A stretch of DNA of 40,113 bases from Anaerolineae bacterium (GTDB lineage Bacteria > Chloroflexota > Anaerolineae > B4-G1), in the NCBI GenBank assembly GCA_026418995.1, contig JAOAAG010000168.1:1-40113 (forward strand), in the 5' to 3' direction. Below the pieces are notes generated by a model, which ran no database searches, was not told the origin of the DNA, and saw only the letters and a program-made list of their open reading frames with translations. Each line of letters opens with the position of its first letter. Within the stretch, counting starts at the first letter, position 1. This document shows, in pieces, positions 29,437 to 36,013 of this stretch. Position numbers and translations under genes: made by a program.

Positions 29437-29796
29437 ATGTCCACAGGAAAAATCATAGGCTACATAATCGCGGCGATTCTTATCTTTTTCGGTGTCCTCT
29501 TTATCTGGGCGGCCTTCAGCCCGGAAGGGAAGGTGGGCTGGATATGCGTCGGGGTAATCAGTGTGGGCATTGGACTGGGCATCATCGCGCTGGTCAAGTT
29601 CCGCGAGCCGAAACCAGCCCAGCAGATTGTGCAGAAAATTGACCTCAGCGGCGATATCCAGTTGGAGACGCTGAAGTGTCAGAAGTGTGGCGGCGAACTC
29701 CAGAAGGATAGCATTACCATCAAAGAAGGGGCTGTCTTTATCTCTTGTCCCTACTGTGGCTCCTATTACCAGATGGTCGAGGAGCCGAAGTGGTAG
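29437..29796 (+). CDS. Small membrane protein with two TM helices and a C-terminal zinc ribbon (CxxC-N21-CxxC).
   Basis: TM1 is IIGYIIAAILIFFGVLFIWAAF and TM2 is WICVGVISVGIGLGIIALV. These are followed by KCQKCGGELQKDSITIKEGAVFISCPYCGSYY. The gene is visibly more AT-rich than its neighbours. Confidence 0.75.
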   Translation: MSTGKIIGYIIAAILIFFGVLFIWAAFSPEGKVGWICVGVISVGIGLGIIALVKFREPKPAQQIVQKIDLSGDIQLETLKCQKCGGELQKDSITIKEGAVFISCPYCGSYYQMVEEPKW

Positions 29797-29819
29797 CGGG
29801 CGGCTTACGGAGGCATGAG

Positions 29820-31496
29820 ATGCGCATCAAAACATGGCTGATCTGGCCACTACTTGCCCTCGCCCTGTTGGGCTTGCCGCTCTCTCTGTACGCTCAGGAC
29901 TATTCTTTCTCGCTCGACCGGGAAACAGTAGAGGTGTGGGTCCACCAGGACGGCTCCATCAGGCTGGAGTACTGGTTCACCTTTACCTGTGATCCGGGCG
30001 CGCATAGCATAGATGTGGTGGACCTGGGCCTGCCCAACGGAAATTACAACCTCTCAGACATCTATGCAGACGTGGATGGTAAGCCCATCAGCCGGGTGGA
30101 CTCCGACTATCAGGGTAAAGGAGAGTACGGAGTGGCCTTATGGCTGGGCGCTAACGAAATCCGCCCCGGCAGGTCGGGTACGGTGCATGTGGTCGTGGAA
30201 CGGGTGGGCGGGATGGTCTATGAGGACAGCCGTGATCCGGAGTATGCCAGCATCGAGTTCTCGCCTACCTGGTTTGGAAGCGAGTATGTCCACGGCACCA
30301 CCGACATGACAGTACGTTTCCACCTGCCAGCCGGTGTGCAGCCGGAGGAGCCCCGCTGGCACTCCGCGCCCTCTGGTTGGCCCGAACAGCCACAAACAGC
30401 CCTGGATGATACAGGGAGAGTGTTGTACACCTGGCATAACCCCTCCGCCAGAGCAGACCGGCAATACACCTTTGGCGCGTCGTTTCCTCGCCGTTACCTG
30501 GCCGCCGGCGCGGTGCAGACGCCGCCATCACTGCTGGAGCGGGCTGTTACTACACTTATAGGAATAATCTGCAACCCTGTCTGCTGCTTTTTTGCTGCGG
30601 TAGTGGGCATCATAGCACTATCCGCATGGGCGGGCCAGCGGCGTAAGATGCAGTACCTGCCCCCTTCGGTGAAAGTCGAGGGCGTGGGGGTCAAGAGAGG
30701 ACTTACGGCGGTGGAGGCAGCCATCCTGCTGGAAACGCCTCTCAACAAAGTGCTGACGATGATCCTCTTCGGCCTCCTGAAGAAGGGAGCGGTGGCCGTG
30801 CTCGACGACGCCCCGCTTCGGATCAGGGTGAATACGCCCATTCCCGAGGGGCTGCGGGAGTACGAAAAGGACTTCCTCGGGGCGGTGCAACCGGACGGCA
30901 CCCTCGATGAAAGCAGGCTGCGCGATATGATGACCGCCCTTATCAAATCGGTGAGCAGCAAAATCAAGGGGTTCAGCCGCCAGGAGACGGTGGCTTACTA
31001 CAGGGACATCGTCCGGCGGGCGTGGGAGCAGGTTGAGGGAGCCGAGGTACCGGAGGTGCGTGGCCGTCTCTTTGATGAGGGGCTGGAGTGGACGATGCTG
31101 GATGACCAGTTTGAAGAGCGCACTAACCGGGTATTCAGCACGGGGCCGGTCTATGTGCCGTTGTGGTGGGGTTATTACCGCCCCTGGGCAGGCGCCACTG
31201 CGACCGCGGGCGGTGGCACTGCTGTTGGTGACAGTCCCACCTTCGGCGTAACTGCCGCGCGTCCCTCGCTGCCGACGCTGCCGGGGGCTACCTTCGCCGC
31301 GACTATTGTGAAGGGGATCGAGTCCACCTCCAGCCGTATCGTCCGCAGCCTGACCGGTTTCACCGGCGCAGTCACCGCAGTGACCAATCCCCCGCCTCCG
31401 CCATCTTCCGGTGGAAGGCGCTACGGAGGCGGCGGCTGTGCCTGTGCCTGCGCCTGTGCCGGGTGCGCCTGCGCCTGCGCTGGGGGAGGAAGGTGA
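29820..31496 (+). CDS. Single-pass membrane protein, DUF2207/TIGR04222-like, with a signal peptide and a C-terminal Gly/(Cys-Ala)n tail.
   Basis: ATG 29820 has GGAGG upstream. Signal peptide is MRIKTWLIWPLLALALLGLPLSLYAQ. The ectodomain is about 240 aa (YSFSLDRETVEVWVHQDGSIRLEYWFTF...). The TM is LIGIICNPVCCFFAAVVGIIALSAWAG, followed by QRRK. The cytoplasmic segment GLTAVEAAILLETPLNKVLTMILFGLLKKGAVAVLDD recalls DUF2207/TIGR04222 proteins. The protein ends RRYGGGGCACACACAGCACACAGGGR. Confidence 0.85.
   Translation: MRIKTWLIWPLLALALLGLPLSLYAQDYSFSLDRETVEVWVHQDGSIRLEYWFTFTCDPGAHSIDVVDLGLPNGNYNLSDIYADVDGKPISRVDSDYQGKGEYGVALWLGANEIRPGRSGTVHVVVERVGGMVYEDSRDPEYASIEFSPTWFGSEYVHGTTDMTVRFHLPAGVQPEEPRWHSAPSGWPEQPQTALDDTGRVLYTWHNPSARADRQYTFGASFPRRYLAAGAVQTPPSLLERAVTTLIGIICNPVCCFFAAVVGIIALSAWAGQRRKMQYLPPSVKVEGVGVKRGLTAVEAAILLETPLNKVLTMILFGLLKKGAVAVLDDAPLRIRVNTPIPEGLREYEKDFLGAVQPDGTLDESRLRDMMTALIKSVSSKIKGFSRQETVAYYRDIVRRAWEQVEGAEVPEVRGRLFDEGLEWTMLDDQFEERTNRVFSTGPVYVPLWWGYYRPWAGATATAGGGTAVGDSPTFGVTAARPSLPTLPGATFAATIVKGIESTSSRIVRSLTGFTGAVTAVTNPPPPPSSGGRRYGGGGCACACACAGCACACAGGGR
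31437..31481 (+). repeat. In-frame TGYGCC hexanucleotide tandem repeat encoding CACACACA-G-CACACA.
   Basis: The sequence reads tgtgcc tgtgcc tgcgcc tgtgcc ggg tgcgcc tgcgcc tgcgct. Confidence 0.9.
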
Positions 31497-31500
31497 GCGG

Positions 31501-31572
31501 ATGTCGGTAGCAGCTATGGGGGGCCGCGCTTTAAAACGGGCTTCCGTTGCGGCGCGTGTTGATGCATGGTGA
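31501..31572 (+). CDS. Candidate micro-ORF (23 aa, MSVAAMGGRALKRASVAARVDAW) bridging the Cys-Ala-tail gene and the radical SAM gene.
   Basis: ATG 31501 lies 5 nt after AGGTGA (31490..31495) and 4 nt after the upstream stop. Its TGA (31570..31572) overlaps the radical SAM start (ATGGTGA). The radical SAM ATG has no Shine-Dalgarno sequence of its own. Confidence 0.25.
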   Translation: MSVAAMGGRALKRASVAARVDAW

Positions 31573-32897
31573 AACAGACCTGTTCCCAGCTTCTCTCTCC
31601 CGGTCTCCACGCCTATGAGCGGCGCGATGGGCAAGGGGGGCGTGTTCGCCTCCATCTGCGTATAGAGCCGGACGGGCGGGGTCTGCTCGTGATCAACGCC
31701 GCTCAGGTGCTCCATCTGAACCAGACCGCGGCCGTCTACACTCGCCTGGCGCTGGAAGGGTACTCCGAGGACGCAGCAGTGCGGGAGATCAGGCGCTTCT
31801 ACCGGATAGATGCCCAAACGGCCCGCGCCGATTACCGTCGCATCCGCGAGCAGATCGAAGCATGCCTCGGCCACGAGGACGGCGTCTGCCCTTTCCAGGA
31901 ATTGGAGCGGATCGAACCGTTTGCGGTGCAGCTCTCTGCCCCTTACCGGATGGACCTGGCACTGACCTACCGCTGCGACAACCATTGTCCCCACTGCTAC
32001 GTTGCCCGGCCGGGTAATTACCCGGAGATGGACACGGGTACCTGGAAGGCGGTCCTGGAACGGGTATGGGCAGCAGGTATCCCCCACGTCTGTTTCACCG
32101 GTGGCGAGGCCACGCTGCGCGATGACCTGCCAGCGCTGGTCGCGTATGCTGAAGGGCTGGGCCTGGTGACCGGGCTGTTAACCAACGGCCGCCGCCTGGC
32201 CGACATGGGCTATGTACAGGAGCTGGCCAGGGCGGGGCTGGACCACGTACAGATCACCCTGGAATCGCACGATGAGCGCGTGCACGACACGATGGTGGCG
32301 GCAGCCGGCGCCTGGCGGGAGACAGTAGAGGGCATCCGCAACGCACTCGCAGCCGGTCTTTACACCACCACCAACACTACACTGACCCGGATAAACGTGG
32401 ACACCATCGCCGGGACGGTGGCCTTCGTTGCCTCGCTGGGGGTGCCCACCTTTGCCTGCAACAGCCTGATCTATGCCGGCAGAGGGGCTGCTGTCGGCAC
32501 CGGCTTCCAGGAGGGAGAGCTGGTCCCCATTCTGGAGCAGGTGCGGGAGGCCTGCGACCGCTACTCCCTGCGCCTGATATGGTACACCCCGACCCAGTAC
32601 TGCGCGCTTTCGCCGCTGCAACTGGAGCTGGGTGTGAAGGCCTGTACCGCCGCGCTCTACAATATGTGCATTGAGCCTGACGGGGCGGTTATCCCCTGCC
32701 AGAGCTACTATGAGCCGCTAGGTCACATCCTGCACGACCCCTGGGAGAAGATATGGAACCACGAGCTGGCCCGTGCGCTGCGCGAGCGGCGCTACGTGCC
32801 GGATAAGTGCCGTACATGCGCGGAGCTGCCTCTGTGTGGGGGCGGATGTCCGCTCTATCTGACACATCTCGCAATAGCGGAAATCAAAGGAGCATAG
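31566..32897 (+). CDS. Radical SAM/SPASM-domain protein with an N-terminal PqqD-like RiPP recognition element (peptide/protein maturase).
   Basis: CDNHCPHC (CxxxCxxC) at 31974..31997, and FTGGEATL. SPASM cysteines are CTAALYNMCIEPDGAVIPC and CRTCAELPLCGGGC (C-x2-C-x5-C-x3-C, 32808..32849). The N-terminal segment is GLLVINAAQVLHLNQTAAVYTRLALEGYSEDAAVREIRRFYRIDAQTARADYRRIREQI. An in-frame TGA sits immediately upstream of ATG 31566. Confidence 0.92.
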   Translation: MVKQTCSQLLSPGLHAYERRDGQGGRVRLHLRIEPDGRGLLVINAAQVLHLNQTAAVYTRLALEGYSEDAAVREIRRFYRIDAQTARADYRRIREQIEACLGHEDGVCPFQELERIEPFAVQLSAPYRMDLALTYRCDNHCPHCYVARPGNYPEMDTGTWKAVLERVWAAGIPHVCFTGGEATLRDDLPALVAYAEGLGLVTGLLTNGRRLADMGYVQELARAGLDHVQITLESHDERVHDTMVAAAGAWRETVEGIRNALAAGLYTTTNTTLTRINVDTIAGTVAFVASLGVPTFACNSLIYAGRGAAVGTGFQEGELVPILEQVREACDRYSLRLIWYTPTQYCALSPLQLELGVKACTAALYNMCIEPDGAVIPCQSYYEPLGHILHDPWEKIWNHELARALRERRYVPDKCRTCAELPLCGGGCPLYLTHLAIAEIKGA

Positions 32898-32899
32898 CC

Positions 32900-33685
32900 G
32901 TGGGATGGGATAGCCGTACTCGCATCGTGCGTGTGGAGATAGAGGGCAGCTCCAGGTGGGGGCTGGTTGAAGGGGACATGGTTTACGAGCTGCACGGTGA
33001 GGTATTCGGTGGATACAGGCGTGGGGGGGAGCTGGGGCCTCTGGAAGCCATGCGTCTACTGCCACCAAGCATACCTACCAAGATTATCTGTGTGGGCCTG
33101 AATTACCGCGCCCACGCCGAGGAAAGCCATATGCCCATACCTCCAGAGCCGCTGCTCTTTTTCAAGCCGCCCAGCAGCCTGATTGGGGCAGGCGAGTACA
33201 TACTTTTGCCTCCCCAGTCGGAGCGGGTGGATTATGAGGCGGAGCTGGCGGTGGTGATGGGCCGGCGCTGCCGCAACGTATCTCCGCAGGAGGCATGGCA
33301 TTACGTGCTGGGTGTGACCTGCGGCAACGATGTCACCGCCCGTGACCTCCAGCGGCGCGACAACCAGTGGACCCGTGCCAAGGGGTTCGACACCTTTTGC
33401 CCACTCGGCCCATGGCTGGTCTGTGGAGTAGACGAGACAGACGTAGCCGACCTGGAAGTGATATGCAGAGTCAACGGTCAGGTGCGCCAGCGCGGACGCA
33501 CCACCGATATGGTCTTCTCCCCGGCCCAGTTGATTGCCTATGTGGCAAGCATTATGACTCTTGAGCCAGGGGATGTCATTATGACAGGGACACCTGCCGG
33601 TGTAGGGCCCCTGGCACCGGGCGACCTGGTCGAGGTGGGGGTGGAAACCATCGGGGTGCTACGCAACCCGGTGAGGGCTGCGTAG
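32900..33685 (+). CDS. Fumarylacetoacetate hydrolase (FAH) family protein.
   Basis: GTG 32900 with AAAGGAG upstream, 2 nt after the radical SAM stop. Family motifs are KIICVGLNYRAHAEE, DYEAELAVVMG, GVTCGNDVTARDLQ, KGFDTFCPLGPW and PGDVIMTGTPAGVGPL. Confidence 0.88.
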   Translation: MGWDSRTRIVRVEIEGSSRWGLVEGDMVYELHGEVFGGYRRGGELGPLEAMRLLPPSIPTKIICVGLNYRAHAEESHMPIPPEPLLFFKPPSSLIGAGEYILLPPQSERVDYEAELAVVMGRRCRNVSPQEAWHYVLGVTCGNDVTARDLQRRDNQWTRAKGFDTFCPLGPWLVCGVDETDVADLEVICRVNGQVRQRGRTTDMVFSPAQLIAYVASIMTLEPGDVIMTGTPAGVGPLAPGDLVEVGVETIGVLRNPVRAA

Positions 33686-33689
33686 CATC

Positions 33690-34937
33690 CTAATGCTTAA
33701 AGCTGCGCTGGCCGGTAAAGACCATCGTCGCGCCCGCTTCGTTACAGGCCTGGATCACCTGGTAGTCATTGAGTGAGCCTCCAGGCTGGATGACGGCCGT
33801 GACCCCCTCGCGCAGCCCGACGTCCACCCCGTCCCGGAAGGGGAAGAACCCGTCCGAGACCATCACCGCGCCGATCAGCCCGCCGTGTTGGGCCTCGACC
33901 TCTTCACGTATCTCCCGCCGCCGCCCCTCGTCCTCTAACGCCGAGTAGATGACCCCGTACCGCTCGTAGGCCAGACGGTCGGCCATCTTGCGGTAGGCCT
34001 TATCCCTGGCGATCTCGGCCACCCCGACGCGGTCCTGCTCGCCAGTGCCGATGCCGACCGTGACCAGGTCCTTGACATAGATGACCGAGTTGGAAGTCAC
34101 CCCGGCCTCGACCATCCAGCCAAACAGCATGTCCTCGTATTCCCTGTCGGTCGGCTCGCGTGCGATCCGGTACACGACGCCGTTGTGGACGGCCTCGGCT
34201 AGCATCAGATCGGCCTTGGTGCGCGTCTGTGGCACGTAGGACAGTTGGGCGATAATCGAGCCGTCAATGAGGCTTTTGAAGTCCACGAAGCGTTCCGTGG
34301 CGAACTCGGCGAGGCGTTTGATGTTGTCAATGCGCATGATACGCAGGTTCTTGCGTCTACCAAGGATACTGAGCGTGCCCTCCTCAAACTCGGGCGCCAC
34401 CACGACCTCAGCGTAACGTTCTGAGATGGCCTCCGCCGTGGGAACATCCACCGGCCGGTTGAGGGCGATACAGCCGCCGAAGGCCGCCACATGGTCGGCC
34501 AGGTCGGCTTTGAGATACGCCTCCAGGATGGTATCGGCAACGGCTACACCGGAGGGGTTGTTGTGCTTCATGATCGCCGCCGCCGGCCGCTCGGTCAGAT
34601 AGCGCAGAATGTTGAGCGCATTGTCCGCGTCGGTCAGGTTGATCTTGCCGGGGTGCTTGCCGAACTGGAGCAGCTCCGCATCGGAGACCAGGTAACGCCC
34701 CGGCGCGATGGTCTTGACCTCGCCTAAGACCAGGTTGCCGTTAATCAGGCGATACAGCGCAGCCTCTTGGCCGGGATTTTCGCCGTAGCGCAGCCCCTTG
34801 CGCACACCGTCAATGACCCAGGAGACTTTCTCGTAGACAAGCGTGGTACGCCCCTCGTCGGAGATGAAGGATATTTCCATCCGTTCCGGGAAGTGGTCGT
34901 CCATAATGGTGTGATAGGCTCGTTTGAGGTCCGACAT
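33690..34937 (-). CDS. purH: AICAR formyltransferase (C-terminal PurH domain) encoded as a separate polypeptide.
   Basis: LRYGENPGQEAALY, MKHNNPSGVAV and VIQPGGSLNDYQVIQACNEAGATMVFTGQRSFKH are AICARFT hallmarks. ATG 34937 is preceded by TAAGGAG. Confidence 0.88.
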   Translation of the reverse strand: MSDLKRAYHTIMDDHFPERMEISFISDEGRTTLVYEKVSWVIDGVRKGLRYGENPGQEAALYRLINGNLVLGEVKTIAPGRYLVSDAELLQFGKHPGKINLTDADNALNILRYLTERPAAAIMKHNNPSGVAVADTILEAYLKADLADHVAAFGGCIALNRPVDVPTAEAISERYAEVVVAPEFEEGTLSILGRRKNLRIMRIDNIKRLAEFATERFVDFKSLIDGSIIAQLSYVPQTRTKADLMLAEAVHNGVVYRIAREPTDREYEDMLFGWMVEAGVTSNSVIYVKDLVTVGIGTGEQDRVGVAEIARDKAYRKMADRLAYERYGVIYSALEDEGRRREIREEVEAQHGGLIGAVMVSDGFFPFRDGVDVGLREGVTAVIQPGGSLNDYQVIQACNEAGATMVFTGQRSFKH

Positions 34938-34949
34938 AGCCCTGACTCC

Positions 34950-35654
34950 TTATCCTTGGGATACATTACCGGCATCCATGAAGGTGTAGATACTCGCCAG
35001 CTCGGCCCGATGGCGGGTGGCCAGGAACGAACTGATCGCCGCATCGTATCGGGCGGTGAGCGCGAAAGCTTTGCATGCCAGCTCAAAACGCTTTTCCAGG
35101 CTGAGCTTCCCCTCGTGAGCGCGGGGGAAGGCCAGCAGCTCAGGATAATCGGCCGGGTCCACGACCGGGGCCACGCGCAGGTAGTTCTTCGCTGCGGCGC
35201 GGATCATACTCGGCCCCCCGATGTCTATATTCGCCCGCGCCTCCTCGACCGTTGTCCCGGCACGGGCCACGGTGGCCTCGAACGGGTAGAGATTGCACAC
35301 CACCATGTCAAATGGCACGGCCCCGGTGCGGGCTAGATCCGCCCGGTGGGCCTCGTTGTAGGTTTCGCTCAGCAGGCCAAGGTAAATCTTGAAATCCAGC
35401 GTCTTGACCAGTCCCCCCTGCATTTCCGGCTGTCCGGTATACTCCGAGACCTGAGTCAAATAGCGGGGGGTCTTTTCCGGTCCCAGGATGGCGGTAATGG
35501 CGTTGTAACTGCCGCCCGTAGAGTAAAAATGTACCTCAGGGTTGATCTCAATAAGTCCCGCGATCAGCCCCTCCAGCCCGGCCTTATCCGATACGCTGAC
35601 CAGGACCCTTTGCACCTTCACCCAATTATCTATCTGGCGCACGATATTGACCAC
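34950..35654 (-). CDS. purH: IMP cyclohydrolase (N-terminal MGS-like PurH domain) encoded as a separate polypeptide.
   Basis: RVLVSVSDKAGLEGL, STGGS, PEMQGGLVKTLDFKIYLGLL, FDMVVCNLYPFE, IDIGGPSMIRAAAKN. GTG start has GAAGGAGGG upstream. Confidence 0.88.
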   Translation of the reverse strand: MVNIVRQIDNWVKVQRVLVSVSDKAGLEGLIAGLIEINPEVHFYSTGGSYNAITAILGPEKTPRYLTQVSEYTGQPEMQGGLVKTLDFKIYLGLLSETYNEAHRADLARTGAVPFDMVVCNLYPFEATVARAGTTVEEARANIDIGGPSMIRAAAKNYLRVAPVVDPADYPELLAFPRAHEGKLSLEKRFELACKAFALTARYDAAISSFLATRHRAELASIYTFMDAGNVSQG

Positions 35655-35762
35655 AGGTCACCCTCCTTCTTTCCCAGTTTCTCGTACAAAATGCAGGATG
35701 CAGATGCAGCAAGCAGAATCTGAGCATTCTGTTACCCCTGCCCTATCCGCGGTGGGCTATGA

Positions 35763-35791
35763 ATTATACCATGAATCCGCATTTACGCTTA
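35763..35791 (-). promoter_or_regulatory. Putative promoter for purH (weak -35 TAAGCG, 17 nt spacer, TGgTATAAT extended -10).
   Basis: Minus-strand TGGTATAAT corresponds to plus coordinates 35763..35771, about 100 nt upstream of GTG 35654. Confidence 0.3.
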
Positions 35792-35946
35792 TCGCTGTAA
35801 GCGACCGTCGCGAGTTGGGGACATCAGCCACCTCCAGAAGCCACATCATATCCAGGCCAGCGTAGAGGGCAACCGACTAAAGCCACTTGTGCCACCTCTG
35901 TACGAGGCCTGGCCCTCTATGTCGCCTGCCTCGATATGCCGTTGTC

Positions 35947-35975
35947 TTGCTACACATCTGGAGTCGTGGTATGAT
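35947..35975 (+). promoter_or_regulatory. Putative promoter for the MBL hydrolase gene (TTGCTA, 17 nt spacer, TGgTATGAT).
   Basis: -35 at 35947..35952 and -10 at 35970..35975 with TGG at 35967..35969. Confidence 0.4.
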
Positions 35976-36013
35976 TGCATATCGCACGGTTTAATAAGTC
36001 AGGGGCAAAAGCT

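Noticed and set aside
30618-32087. 489-aa minus-strand ORF spanning the Cys-Ala-tail gene, the gap and the radical SAM gene.
   Set aside because: It is antisense to two genes with clear family motifs. Its composition is Arg/Gly/Ala/Pro-rich low complexity, including AGAGAPGTGAGTGTAAA, which is simply the reverse complement of the Cys-Ala repeat. This is a typical high-GC antisense artefact.
35655-35762. Expected ZTP (pfl) riboswitch upstream of purH.
   Set aside because: I read the minus-strand leader and could not find the conserved ZTP blocks or the pseudoknot partners. Only short local hairpins and the ATGCAG repeats are present.
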